A stretch of DNA of 64,000 nucleotides from Trichodelitschia bisporula (Eukaryota): assembly GCA_010356995.1 (NCBI GenBank), contig ML996709.1:76606-140605 (forward strand), given 5' to 3'. This document shows, in pieces, positions 23,224 through 35,762 of this stretch (the stretch's first letter is position 1; the number at the start of each line of letters is the position of its first letter). Under the pieces are notes generated by a model that saw only the letters and a list, made by a program, of their open reading frames with translations, did no database searches and was not told where the DNA came from. A program made the position numbers and the translations under genes.

Positions 23224-24098
23224 ATGGCTCCCCGTCTCGAAAACAAAACTGCCATAATAACGGGTGGCGCCTCCGGCTTCGGCAAGGCCACCGCAATCCG
23301 TTTCGCCGAAGAAGGCGCCGCAGTACTAATCGGCGACCTGAACGCCGACGGGGCGACCGCCGTCGCGAACTCCATCTTGAGTGCAGGCGGCAAGGCCGTC
23401 GCGCTGCGCATGGATGTCACCAGTGCTGAGGACTGGGAGAAGGCGGTGGGAATAGTTATGGAGCGGTGGGGGCGCTTGGATGTTGTGGTTAATAATGCGG
23501 GGACGACGTACCGGAATAAGGTAGGCGGGCCGTGGGGGATTTTTGTGGAGGGTGCTAATGGGATTTGTGTAGCCGACACTCGATGTCACGTCCGAGGAGT
23601 TCACGCGCGTGTTCGAGGTCAATGTGCGCAGCGTATATTTGTCTGTTCGCGCGGCGGTGCCGACGATGCAGAAGAATGGTGGAGGGAGTATCATCAATGT
23701 GAGCAGCATTGGGAGTGTGAGGCCTAGGCCGGGGCTGGTGTGGTACAATGCTAGCAAGGCGGCAGTTACGAATGTACGTCGCTTCTTTTTCCCTACGAGT
23801 ACTCCCCACTCCCCGTCGCTGACATGCACAGGCAACCAAAGGCCTCGCCGCCGAATACGGTCCGCAGAACATCCGGATCAACTCTCTGGCCCCGCTGCTG
23901 TCGGGCACTGGACTGTTCGAGTCGTTTGTCGGCGTACCCGACACACCGGAGAATCGGGAGAAGTTCATTGGAAACGTCCCATTGGGCCGGTTGACGGATC
24001 CGAATGACGTGGCGAATACGGCGCTGTTTTTAGCGAGTGATGAGGGGAAGTTTATCACGGGGGTTAATCTGGAGATTGATGGTGGGAGGGGTGTGTAG
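23224..24098 (+). CDS. Short-chain dehydrogenase/reductase (FabG-like; introns 23521-23572, 23774-23831)
   Basis: TGGASGFG, NNAG, catalytic YNASK, FITGVNLEIDGG. Confidence 0.95.
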
Positions 24099-24486
24099 AA
24101 TGTTGGGGTTTTGGTGATGGGGTTTCAGGCTGGGGATGTGAGGCTGGTTTGCAGCCTCGTGGAAAGTGTTTGGTACCGCGCGTTGAGTGGCGGTTGGCGG
24201 GTCGGCCCCGATTGTTGGAGCGAGCGCACAATTCATGTCTGAAATCTCTCAAAACTTCTCCTCGCTTTCCTCCTCCGCATGTCTTCAACAGATTCATCAA
24301 GTGCAGAGCAGAAACCATCATCACGTGCAAAGCAGAAACCATAAGCACGTGCTCCATTACTCACCTCGACACACCAAAACGCAAACGGTTGCATTATGCT
24401 GTGCGTCTTGCTCCTCACGCCCAATGGCGTTTGATTATATTCGTAAGGGACCAAAAGTCGGTCACTTCAGCACCCCAGAAAAATCG

Positions 24487-24576
24487 GGCTTCGTGGCGCA
24501 ATGGCAGCGCGCTGGTTTTCGGTTCTTGCACTGAGATTACCACCAGAGGTTTAGGGTTCGAATCCCTACGGAGTCG
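24487..24576 (+). tRNA. tRNA-Arg(UCG) with intron
   Basis: Acceptor GGCTTCG/CGGAGTC, D-arm TGGCGCAATGGCAGCGC, anticodon stem CTGGT/ACCAG with TT-TCG-G then an intron, T-arm GGTTCGAATCC, downstream T-run. Confidence 0.9.
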
Positions 24577-24688
24577 ATTCGAGGGTATCTTTTTGCTTTT
24601 GCCGATGAGGCGGTGTGCCCTGTTGCTTTTGCAATGAAACGGGCTGAGTCGGGCAGTACTATTGTTGCCGCTAATGCTGGTGAGGATC

Positions 24689-24722
24689 AGGGTTAGGGTT
24701 CGGGTTAGGGCTCGGGTTAGGG
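24689..24722 (+). repeat. Short interstitial telomere-like repeat
   Basis: AGGG TTAGGG TTCGGG TTAGGG CTCGGG TTAGGG. Confidence 0.7.
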
Positions 24723-24741
24723 TGTGGATGAGAGCAGCTGA

Positions 24742-25300
24742 ACTACCCGGCTTCTAGCTTCACATGATGATGGCTTGTCACTTGTCACAACCTCCCTTCA
24801 CTACGATCAAGTACGTAGATGGCTCGGTAATGACTGTATTCCTTCTAAAGGATTATGGCAGCGACCTATCGATCATTCAATAAACCACCACAACGACTAG
24901 AACTAGCCAAACTCCATCATCCATATGACTACCCGGCTCTAGGTGCACACGATGATGTCTGGTCACTTTTCACAACCTGACTTCACAACCTGACTTCACA
25001 ACGATCAAGAACATAGATGGTGCGGTAATGACTGTAACCCTTCTCGATGACCACGGCAGCGACCTAACAATTATTCAGTCGGCCCCCACAACGACGACCC
25101 AAACTTCATTATCCATATGACTACCTCATTTCAGCTTCACATGACGACGGCAGGCCACTTTTCCCAACTTTGCTTCACAACAATCTAGAACGTCAATGAT
25201 TCGGTAATGACTGTATTTATTCTCAATGACTACAGCAGCGACCTACCGATTATTCAGTAAGTCTCTGCCACAAAGCGCTCTAAACTCCATTATCCATATG
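24742..25300. repeat. Three diverged tandem ~185-bp repeats (24742-24927, 24928-25119, 25120-25300)
   Basis: Each unit starts ACTACC, contains CGGTAATGACTGTA and GCAGCGACCTA, and ends TCCATATG. Confidence 0.9.
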
Positions 25301-25419
25301 CGCACAAAGCAAGCGCTATGTAGTTTCCACACTACGCCAAGGCAATGCCGCTTAAGACAAAGGAAAAAGAGCACTGACTTACCTCTCGATCTCTTCATCG
25401 ACCAGCGACGAAGGAAAGT

Positions 25420-27165
25420 TTACTTACTGGGACCCGCAAATTTACTCCACCTAGTCACCTTGGAGTAGACACTAGAACTGCTACTGCCAGGGCGCCTGCC
25501 AAATTCCCTCTCGGTAGGCGTGGCAGCCAACTGGCGGCGATAGTCTTGCGCCCACTCCGCAGCACCGGGCTTTCCGAGTTCACTGGGGACATATCCGCGG
25601 GGCTCGGGGCTGTCAGGTGCGAACCTGCACCGGGTCTCGGATGCCGTTGGCCCGGACCCGGTCACTGGCGTCGTGATTTTACTCTCCTTACCTCTTTTGC
25701 TCCTGGGAAGAATATTGCGCAGCGTGGCACTCCCGAGAAGACCTGGCTTCGCTGTCGATGGCCCGGCGTTCTGAGCGCCTTCGGCCCGGCGGTCGTCGCG
25801 GTTCCTCTGAGCGCGGCGAGTATCAACCCGCAACACCGCCTGGCTGACGCGGCTGCGACTAAATGCGCGCTTGAGCGTCTCCTTCACACCGCCTCGGCCC
25901 TCGGTCTCAGTGCGGCGCCCACGCGGGTCGCTAATCTCCGATGTGTCGTCCGCCACACCCTCGACATGAGCACCGGCAAGGGGCACCGTTGCGCGATACT
26001 CATCGATGATATCGTCGATGTCAGCGTAAAGATCCTCATGTTCGCCGCTGCCACGCGCGGAATCCGGCGGCGCCGGCCTCCACCAGCGGTTAGTCTCACT
26101 ATCCGAGTCGTATACCGAAGGACTGTACACCGTCTTCGGCCCGAGGAACTCGCTCGGCGTGACGGTGACCGTGCTCCGCATGCTGCTCACCGACCCAGGC
26201 CGGGACGAGACATGCGTGACGTGCTTCGGCCAGCGCGCACGCGGGTGCTCATACTCACTCGCGGTGGGGGAATCGGCGACGGACACGGACTCGCGGCGGG
26301 GCGACGGGCCGAGGCTGGGGCCGCGCGCTGGCGGGGCCTCGCCTTCGAACACAGAGGGATCGGTGACGATTTCGCCTGTCAGCGGATCAGTAATGGGCTC
26401 AAGCGCCTCGCCGCGTTGCGCACAGATATACTCACCAAGGACATTGCGCAGCTGCGTCGCAAGCGTGGCGGCTTGCATGCGCAACGCTGTGGCCTGCGCT
26501 TCGGGGAAGTTGCTGAATAGCGCGTCGACGTATGCTTGACGCCGGCCCGAGCGGGGAGCCCGGGCGGACATGCCGGCGGCGAGGGGGACGATGATGGCGG
26601 GATCGGAGCCGATGCGCGCGAGGATGCAGGCGGCGCATTTGTCCGTCTGGAAGGCCCATTTTGGTTTGGGGGCTTCGCCGAGGAAATTCTTGTATCTGCC
26701 GTCGTGCCACCACATGGAACAGCATTGACGCAGTTCGACGAAGGCACGACGGATGCTTTCCGCGAGGAGGTTCTTGGACGCCAGGGCGTGGACCATCGCG
26801 GGAATGTTGGTGTCGATTTCGCTGCGGATGGCGTAGCAGATGCAGCAGACGATGGTGCGGTTGAGCTTCTGGTGCAGCGGGCAGAACTCGCGGTAGTGGG
26901 CGCGGGTGTCGGGGTCGATCACCTTGTTGGCCATCTTGCTGATCGTGCTTACGTGTTCGCGCAGACACTCGGGCAGGTCGCGGATATCGCTTTTCACGGA
27001 GTCGGCGTACGCATCCCATTCTGAAGAGCCGACAACTGAAGGTGGTGGCTGGTGGGATAGCACCTTGGCCAGCAGCGGCATGCCCCCCCACGGGAGTGCG
27101 GATCGTTTAACCATCTTGCTGGGGAGAGCGGGACTGTATAGACCTCGAACTGCGGCAGATGTCAT
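25420..27165 (-). CDS. Hypothetical protein (~580 aa) with a Cys/His-containing N-terminal domain and a disordered C-terminus
   Basis: Long uninterrupted ORF (open to 27333; first true ATG at 27165). Motifs FCPLHQKLN and KCAACILARIG. Confidence 0.75.
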   Translation of the reverse strand: MTSAAVRGLYSPALPSKMVKRSALPWGGMPLLAKVLSHQPPPSVVGSSEWDAYADSVKSDIRDLPECLREHVSTISKMANKVIDPDTRAHYREFCPLHQKLNRTIVCCICYAIRSEIDTNIPAMVHALASKNLLAESIRRAFVELRQCCSMWWHDGRYKNFLGEAPKPKWAFQTDKCAACILARIGSDPAIIVPLAAGMSARAPRSGRRQAYVDALFSNFPEAQATALRMQAATLATQLRNVLGEYICAQRGEALEPITDPLTGEIVTDPSVFEGEAPPARGPSLGPSPRRESVSVADSPTASEYEHPRARWPKHVTHVSSRPGSVSSMRSTVTVTPSEFLGPKTVYSPSVYDSDSETNRWWRPAPPDSARGSGEHEDLYADIDDIIDEYRATVPLAGAHVEGVADDTSEISDPRGRRTETEGRGGVKETLKRAFSRSRVSQAVLRVDTRRAQRNRDDRRAEGAQNAGPSTAKPGLLGSATLRNILPRSKRGKESKITTPVTGSGPTASETRCRFAPDSPEPRGYVPSELGKPGAAEWAQDYRRQLAATPTEREFGRRPGSSSSSVYSKVTRWSKFAGPSK

Positions 27166-28051
27166 ACGCTGAGAACCTAGACTGTAAGTGTGATTTGAGA
27201 ATACCAGATTCTCAAAAAGGTCGTTGAGGTTCGAGGTGTGTCCGAGATTTGGATGCGGGAGGAAGCGTGGGTTGATAAATGCGCCATCTTGATCAAATAG
27301 TGAGTTTATTAGTGATAAAGGGTGGAGGAACAACGGGCTTTGTGGATGATGCTGGACGAATGGAGAGTGATCCGTGAAAGCGGAGATAGTGAGGGAAATC
27401 GACGGTTAGTGAGGGATATGGATTGAGAGAGAGACATCGTAAGTCAGTGAGGATCGCTGAAGTTGCGAGCAGACTTCAATGGGAGTGAAGTGTGTGAGAA
27501 GATTGAGGTATCGTGGATGTCTCTGCGCAGGAAGCTGTTCGTGAGATGCAAGAAAGCACTTGAGCAAAATTGACAATGAAAATTGCACTGGCCCGAGTGA
27601 CAAGTCATGCCACAATGAACGACGAGCCCATGGAAAGCTCAACAAACTTCATTCAATTAGAGGTCGGCGCCTGGACGACTTCATCCATCTTGCGGATATA
27701 TGCTTCGGTCCCCATGATACCGGAGAGAACCCTGAGCAGGAGTGTTCAAAACCCACGCCCTGACCTTTGCAAAGGGACTTTCAATAGCGAGGGGCGGGGA
27801 GAAGGGTTGAACGACGCAGTAGTTCCGTATCTACAGCCTCCAGTCGTCTAAGCAGTCTGCGATCCGACGTTCGCCATGACTTCACTGGCCTCTGATTAGC
27901 TTGTTTGCAAAACCATCTGAGTGGGATGAGGGCTTCTCTAATTCGACCATCTCGCTTGGATTGACATCGTGAGTGACTTTGCGCCCATCAGAAATGCAGT
28001 AAACAGACCACTGTGGAGCACGACGTTCGGATCATAGGCCGGGTACCTCAA

Positions 28052-28282
28052 GATAGCGCGCAGTAGCAATTCGCTTTGCATCATGGTTGCTGTACTTGAA
28101 GCCCGCCGTTCATGTAGACAAACACTGCCTTGTCCAGGCGCTCCGGCAAGACAAGCGTACAAAAGTTGTCGTAGATAAGCTTCGTGCCGGATCACCCAGA
28201 CAAGGTGGTGTTTGTCTACATGAACAGCGGGCTTCAAGTCACAACAACCATGATGCAAAGCGAATTGCTACTGCGCGCTATC
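28052..28282. repeat. Near-perfect long hairpin (~100-bp arms)
   Basis: GATAGCGCGCAGTAGCAATTCGCTTTGCATCATGGTTG (38 bp) pairs perfectly with 28245-28282. Pairing continues with few mismatches to TCCGGCA/TGCCGGA. Loop ~25-35 nt. Confidence 0.95.
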
Positions 28283-28773
28283 CCGAAGCCTGGAAGGAGC
28301 GCCGCCGCACTGGCGACCTGTTGAACGGGGCGCGTGTGCGGGATATCCTCGACGTCGTCCGGCGAGGCAGATACAACTCGAAAATCTGCGTCGGGAAGGG
28401 TTGACTATTCAATGAGGACAGACTAACACTCATGTATGTACTCCCGCCCTTTGTGACCGGAGCGATGTCGTTTCTATCCCCGCTTCGGAGCGAAAAACTC
28501 CTTCGCCAAAACGCTCGAGGCCTTGGCCAAAAAAGTCATAGACTTCACCTTGGCCTGAAGTTGCGCTTTTTAGGGGAATAACTTCTCAAGTAGCCCTAGG
28601 CACAAAGACGTGGCTTGACCCCTGCCGCTTTCTTGATCAACTATTCGCTCGCTCCGCCAGCCAATCCCCTCCTCCCTCGCCCCTCCCCTCTCACCCGCCA
28701 TTTTGCCAAACCTCACGCACAGCGGCCAACCTCACAACCTCCCGTCAACCACTTGCCCACACACATCATCAAC

Positions 28774-29225
28774 ATGGTACGGCCTCACCACCCCCCCATC
28801 CCCTCACAAAACTAACAGCAACAGGCACCCGCAGCAACCGGAGGCAAGAAGCAGAAGAAGAAGTGGTCCAAGGGCAAGGGTACGTCGCCCACCGTCGCCT
28901 CCAATCTACCGCATCGCAACCCGCTAACACCCACACAGTCAAGGACAAGGCCAACCACGCCGTGATCCTCGACAAGACCACCTCGGAGAAGCTGCAAAAG
29001 GATGTCCAGTCCTACCGCCTGATCACAGTCGCCGTGCTCGTCGATCGTCTCAAGATCAATGGCTCGCTCGCGCGCCAGGCGCTGAAGGATCTCGAGGAGA
29101 AGGGCTTGATCAAGCAGGTCGTGGGCCATGCGCGGATGCGCGTCTACAGTGCGTACTTTCTTTCCTTGCTGATGCGATTCGAGTACTGATCGTTTGCAGC
29201 CCGTGCTGTTGGTGGTGGCGATTAA
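28774..29225 (+). CDS. RPS25: 40S ribosomal protein S25 (eS25), 4 exons (28774-28776, 28825-28879, 28939-29148, 29200-29225)
   Basis: Spliced [32 protein letters not shown]...RLKINGSLARQALKDLEEKGLIKQVVGH. Confidence 0.97.
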
Positions 29226-29554
29226 GCGTGTTCGGTTGGCGGGTGCGTGTGATGGACTGAACTGATTGGGCTTGTGTGCACACCGGGCATCGGAGTCATG
29301 GTTGTGTGATTTAGTTGTTCGCGAAAAATCAGCAGCCCTCGTGCGCGCCTCAAATCCATTGCTTGCGGCTGTGTGGTGATCGGTTCCATGGTGCCTGTCT
29401 ACAAGATCAAACACCTTCGTGTGTGCCTCAGATCCATTGCGTCTATCTATAAGACCACACGCCCTTTTACACGCCTTAGATCTATTGCTCGCGATTGTGG
29501 GATGATCCGCTCAATTGCGCCTATCTACAAGATATCACACTCAAAACATGTCAC

Positions 29555-30393
29555 CTACTTCCCCCCCTTCTTCTTCTCCCTCTTCGGCCGCGAATCCTCA
29601 GCAGCCTTGCACATCCTCCGCATCGGCTTATTATCCAGCCACCCCTCCGGCCTCACAATCGTCCCCACCCAAAAATACGGCCGTCCCGTCTCGCCCGAGA
29701 ACACCTTCTCCCAGTGCGCTAACCCCTCAGCGACCTTCTTCCTTGCAACCCTCAACTCCCTCTCCACCCTCACTTTCCTTTCCGCACTCGTCTCGCCCTC
29801 CACCTCGCCTTTAGGCACAAACATCATTTCCACGCCGCGCAGATCGGGGGTAAGGTCCTCGTCAAAACATCCTGTGACAAACGCCCGAGACGCGTCTCTC
29901 CCTGCAAAGAAGTGGTAGCTGCCGTCGGGGCCGTAGGTATTGGCCGAGGCGGACACGTCGTAGATGCTCCCGTTGAGTCCGACGTAGATGGGCTTTGAGG
30001 GGTCGGTGCCATCGTAGAGGGCGAGTTGGGCGGGGGTTAGGCGGACGGGGCCGGACTGTGGGGGAGTGTTAGCGACCGAGCATAAACGCGCTTTATAGGC
30101 CGGCAGCGGAGACAACCTACGAGGTAACTCATCACGGCCGCCGGGCGCAGCCACCACGGCTTAAATCCCCAGGTGATGTCCTCGCCGGTGACGAACCAGC
30201 TCGCGGCACCGTTTAGTACGAGGAGTCCCGCGAGCACGCGGATGATGTCAAGGATTGATAGCCGGTTTGAGGGTTTCTTGTGAGGTGGTTTCGGGGGTGT
30301 GGGTGCGCGGCGCGCGGCGGCTTTGGCCCAGCCTTCGTCTTCGCTGGAGGAGGCGGAGGAGACGGTTGCGGCGAGGGGGCGGCGTTGGGACAT
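29555..30393 (-). CDS. Cytochrome b5-like heme/steroid-binding (MAPR family) protein (intron 30120-30056)
   Basis: N-terminal TM (ILDIIRVLAGLLVL), LALYDGTDPSKPIYVGLNGSIYDVS...YGPDGSYHFFAGRDASRAFVTGCF. Confidence 0.92.
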
Positions 30394-31109
30394 TGTTGCG
30401 GTATGTGAGGGGGAGTTGTTGGAGGGAGGGGGTGGTGGTGATGTTGACACTGCTAGCTTCCAGCGGCGACGGTGAGGTTCGAAGATCCGTGAGAGTTGTC
30501 GTAAAAGGAGCCATAGGGCTGAAGCGGCTTGGCGTGTGGCTTGCTGTGCCGGGTAACTGGATTGGGATTGGCGTGATGATTGATTTGGACGGAGACGACA
30601 TGCGCACTTTGTTACAGTTGCATGATTGGATTCGAGAGGATTGTACATCCGTAGAGAGTTTGTTGCATAACGCTGTGCTAAGATGCATGCTTGTGGGCCG
30701 ATACACCTTTGCAGCCCGCAGTCATCCCGTGCTTCTGCCTCGATCATCCTCCAGCTTCCAGCTTGTTCTGGTGAACCTGTTCTCCACTTTGGTCACGTCC
30801 ATTGTCCTAAACCCTTATCGAAAGCAAGACCGTAGTTATGACATCCGCGGCTTTGTGGTTAGTTCGAATGTACTGGAGAGCAGCTGTTCCTGCTGGCGCG
30901 GACTTGGACGGACAATCAACAGCAGCAGCGGGACAAAGATAGACGAGGTACATTCAGCATCGCCGCCCCTTTGAAGTCAAACAAATGCCGATGTCTCGAC
31001 ACCGCTTAGCTAGAGAACAATCCCCTCCATCCATGAAAGACCATCGATCGAACAAACCCAACCCACAAAGAACGCCATCCTTGCACCCATATTCCACTCA
31101 TCACGCCGA

Positions 31110-32434
31110 CTACCTCGAAAACACCCGATTCAGCGCCTCCTGAAACACCCTCACATTGTAATCAATCAGCGCCTTCCTCTCCGTCGCGCTATCCTCACCC
31201 ATAATGCAAATCAGCGCCAGGTACTTGTTAATCTCGCGCAAGTACAGGTAGTTATTCCCATGCTTCTCCATCGTGATCAAGCTCTCAGCGTCCTTGTTGC
31301 CGGAGTCGCCCACGGCACCTCCGTCATCAGCCTCGGCCGCAGCTTCGGCTTCGTCCCGCTCCCACCCGTAGATCTCGCTGATGTCGACGACGACGTCGAT
31401 GTAGTCGGAGCAAATCTCGTAGCTGCCGATGTCGGTCGGCGATGTATCCGTCGCAACATAGATCTTGCTCAGGACATCGAAGAGGTACGCCTTCTCGATA
31501 CGGCACGACGCGCAGAGAGCGTCAAGTAGCGCCTCCAGGCTGGGCAGCTCGGGGATAAGCTTTTGAATGACCTTGCTAAAGGCCTCGAAGATAGAGTGGT
31601 CGTAAATACTCGTCTGATAGAAGTTGACCGGCGCGTTTTCGAAGCCCGCATCGCATAGCTCGTCCTGCACCCGCTGCACAATGTCGCGGAACGTATCCGT
31701 ACGGTAATCCTCACTCAGCCCATCGACCTTGTGCACAAAGACCGCAATGATGATGCTCGGGTGGCTCTCCTGCAACCGCAAAATCGTGGTGTTGAGCCGC
31801 TGGATCGCATCGTAGTACTCGTCCTGCGCATCAATCACCCAAATCAGCGCACTGATGTCGCTGAAAATATCCTCGGTGTCGAAGGCCGGGTCGCTGTAAT
31901 CGATGTGCGCCGGCAGGTCCCAGACTTGGAAGTCCATGAAGGAGTGCATGCTTTCCTTGTGGATCCGGTGCGTGGTCTCGAGGTACAGCGTCTCGCTTGG
32001 TGCGAGCTTGTTGAAGACTACGCTGCTAATGGATGACTTGCCGCTCCTGTGCTCGTCAGCCCTGGTCCATACGGGTTCCCGGAATGCACACACCGACGCT
32101 GCCCCATGAGCAGCAGTCTCGGCTTCCCATCCCCCGTCTTCGTATTTGGTATCTTCCCCGTGTGATAGCGCTGCGGACTCGGCGGCCGGTCCGCGAATGG
32201 CAGGTCCTGTAGATATCGCTCCAGAGTCAGTCTCTTGCCGTGCCGGAAGCGGGACAGTGGTGCGTCGGGTGGTGCTTCAGGTACAGCAGCAGAAACGGAC
32301 GAGGAGCTCGCGGCGGGCTCGCCATGCGCTGTCGGGCCCGGCCGTTGAGTGTCAAACGTCCGGCTAGGCCCGGCATCTGCAGCACGCGCCGATGCACCCA
32401 GGCCCCCGGACCCGTCCCCGCGCTGATCGTCCAT
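31110..32434 (-). CDS. GTR2: Rag GTPase Gtr2/RagC (intron 32093-32047)
   Basis: KPRLLLMGQRRSGKSSI after splicing, TLYLETT, FVHKVDGLSED, TSIYDHSIFEAFSKVIQKLIP. Start codon tentative. Confidence 0.93.
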
Positions 32435-32924
32435 ATCAAAGCTCGGCAAACGTCTGCGGTAGACGGTGTTCACACAGCCAGCGTGCTCAAGCGCACAGCA
32501 GGTGCCATAGCTGGGTACATCGGGGTGACGACTTAAGGAAAGAGAGTGGATGCGGAGAGAGGATCGGGGGAGAGCTCGGCACAGGAGACGCAGACGCAGA
32601 CGCAGACGCAGGCAAACGCAAACACAGCCAACAGGTAGGTACAGTCAACAGCAGCAGCACCCGCCGCTCAAAAGGCACGCAACAAGTCCCCACGTCTCGC
32701 CCTTTGACCAGAGCACCGCACCCCGGCCACCGCTCGTCCGGCTCGACTCGCGCCTTCTCACTACCCCCCTCCCCCCACCTTCCCCCGCGCCTCCCGCTAC
32801 ACGCGGCTCCGGCCCGCGAGGCGCCTCCCTGTGCGTTACGACGCGGCACGGCCAGGCAGCCGTGCCTTATCGACGCGTGGCGACGGGGATTGGGGAGCAA
32901 GGTGTGACAGAGGGGTGGGTGGGG

Positions 32925-32963
32925 NNNNNNNNNNNNNNNNNNNNNNNNNNNNNNNNNNNNNNN
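32925..32963. other. Assembly gap (N run) inside a G-rich tract
   Basis: 39 N flanked by poly-G. Confidence 0.99.
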
Positions 32964-35047
32964 GGGGATTGGGGAAGGAGGGGAGGGGGGACGTACAGTC
33001 ATGGCCATCGGTCTGGCTTATCCGCTCTCGAGCGAGCGCCGTTAGATGTCGCGGGAAGGGAGGGGAGTGATTGGGCGGAGGACAGCGGTGCGGGGGGTTG
33101 CGCGCAGAGGGGAGGGGTGAGGTTGAGTCGTAGCGCGCGATGGTGAGCGTCGCGTGGAAGCGCAAAGACTCGCGCCCGACTCAACGGCGCCCGCGTCGGC
33201 AACTCGGGCCAGAATGAAAAGGCCCGGTCCCGACTGCCCGCTCGCTAGGATAATTTCCCGTTTGCACGCAGGGCTGCCAATGAAAAAGGCGCTGCGAAAA
33301 AAAGCCGTCGGGACGCAGACGTTGCCCGCCACTGCTTGCCAGCCGCCCCGCCGGGATGTCACTGCTGCAGGGCCTGAGCAGTGAGGCGCCGCCGAGCGTT
33401 CCTCGCGTGTACCTTGGGTGCCCAGACTGAAGAGAATGCCTGTGGCGATCTTTGGGCATCAGCGATCGGCGGGCGCACAGCGGATGTCGTGTGCTCCACA
33501 AAGCGATCCCAACCACCATCTACGGTATCTCTCCCGTTACACAAACTCCATGGTCATATCAGATCCCTCCTAACACGCCTCGAGTCGTCCCGTCCCGTTT
33601 CAAGCCCGAGTGCATTACTCGTCCTCGCTCTACGTTCCTCGGCTCTGAATCGTAGGAGGGACTCGGGCCCTCCCGCACAGATCCAGAAGCGCCGTCGGGA
33701 TACAAGGCACCCATTCGACTCACACCGCCCGTTTGGTTGGGCGCAAGTGTGCGCTTGGTTAATCCGTGCGCCTGGTGCGTGGGTGGGGGCCTGCGCTGGT
33801 GTAAGTGGGATGGAGGGCGGTGAGAAGCTGGTCGGCTGGGACTGCGGAGGGCGGGGATGCGGATACTGGGGGAAAATGAAGGCAAAGGAGCTTTGGATCA
33901 CGATGGAGGAGTAGATGAGTACATTTTGGGGCAAGATCCCCCACCACTAATCGGGGTATCGTAGGGACGCGATCTCTTGACGATATGCTAAAACAAAGCC
34001 AGCAAGATAAAACGGGAGGTGAAGTACAAGCAAATAAGAATCAAAAACCCCTCATACCCCCACCCCCAACGGTCCGTCCCAATTAGGCCCTCAGTCGGAG
34101 CATCAAACTCTCCCGGAAGGTAGTGAGGGGGAATATCCCTTTAACAGTTGCCCCTGAAGAGACTCGAAAAACGCTCATAGCCAGGCTTGAAGTGATGGGA
34201 AAGGATTCACGACTGGTTTTGCTATCGTTCGACAGTGACATCCTCAGCCTACCAAAGGAATAAGGGCGCAATAACCGCAAATGCAAGCGGTATCAGCTCG
34301 GCAGTGCCGTACCTTCATATGGCAATGACCCACGCAATGAAGGAAGTAGGTCCGTATTGCCGCATATCATTCTTCAACTTGTGGACCCCTTCTAAAACTA
34401 CCTCGGCCTATTTTCACGTCCGGCTAATCACCCACTATGGCAGCAATGCTTGATCGTGGCTTCAGCCATCGTACGACTGCTGGATGTGCCATGTATAGGA
34501 AGTGGGAGAGATCAACACGGTGTGATAGACGACCCTCGTATTTATCGATCGCTTACCTCACCTGCTATAATCCATCCGGGTCAGCTCGGATGCTGTGCCA
34601 TTGATCGCTTATCACAAGGCTTCCGCAGTGCAACATCGCCGGATGCTGTCAGCTTCCGGCTGCTTAGATCAGAGTGCCCGCTAGACGCCGAAGTGCCACG
34701 GATGTGTTCTCATAGGAGAAATCCAATTCTAAGAGACAAAGGCTTCAATACGAGGAGAGGGAATAGTATGTGTCGCTTGGCGGTAATATGGTCCATCCGA
34801 ATCGCAAAGTCAAATGGGTTTCTGGCCTAAATTTAGTTTTAGCAGTTATAATCACAGCCGTCGGTCGCTGCCTTGTTCCTCGCCCACATCTCTATCTTAA
34901 CTCGGGTCGGATCAACATTCATCCGTGACACTCGTATCAGATGCCAGAGGACACTCACTAACAAGTCGAAAGCATGTAGCAACGTCAGTAATCCATCACC
35001 TTGTCAGCATCAATTGCTCCTCGCCAGCGAACCATGTACAGGCGATC

Positions 35048-35762
35048 ATGTACCACTTGATGAAAGGCCTCTACCTTTACGCTACCAGCAAAGAAGGTAC
35101 GCAAAACTCCGCCCCCCACGCGCCCTGCCTCCCTAACACCCACAGAATACTCCATCCTCCTCCTCGGCCTCGACAACGCGGGCAAAACCACGCTGCTCGA
35201 GCAAATCAAAGCCGCGCACTCCTCCCACGCACACCCTAATCTCAGAACCGTCCCCACAGTCGGACAGAACGTCTCGACTATCACCCTCCCAGACCTGTAC
35301 CTCAAGATCTGGGATGTAGGCGGGCAGCACAGCCTGCGCGGCCTGTGGCAGAGCTACTACGCGTCCTGTCACGCGATCGTATTCGTGATCGACAGCTCCG
35401 ACGTCGGTGATGCGGACATCAGCAAGCTCGCGGATCGTGGCGGAAGTTTGCGGGACGATGAGACAGGCCGGCTCGACGAATGCCGCCTAGTCCTTGAAGA
35501 CGTGCTGCAGCACGCAGACACGGAGGGCGTGCCGCTGCTCGTGTTGGCGAACAAGCAGGACCGGGAGGACTGCGTTGAGGTTGTAAGGATAAAGGAGGGA
35601 TTTGTGAGGCGCGTGTTTGAGGGGGAGAAGGGCTCGAGTTTACGTGATAGTCGCGTGCTGCCGTGTAGTGCGCTCACGGGCACGGGAGTTGAGGAGGCGG
35701 TGGAGTGGCTTTGCAGTCGCGTCAAGTGGAATAAGGAGAGTAGGCCGCCTGTGATGCGGTGA
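35048..35762 (+). CDS. ARL3: ARF-like GTPase Arl3/ARFRP1 (intron 35097-35145)
   Basis: MYHLMKGLYLYATSKEEYSILLLGLDNAGKTTLLEQIK, TVPTVGQN, WDVGGQ, LANKQD, SALTG. Confidence 0.95.

Noticed and set aside
24742..25300. CRISPR array or C/D snoRNA cluster
   Set aside because: Eukaryotic context and whole units are homologous (no unique spacers). ATGATGA box C is present in only one copy and there is no conserved terminal CTGA.
25546..27172. Long plus-strand ORFs opposite the hypothetical gene (and similar antisense ORFs elsewhere)
   Set aside because: Shadow frames caused by high-GC codon usage.
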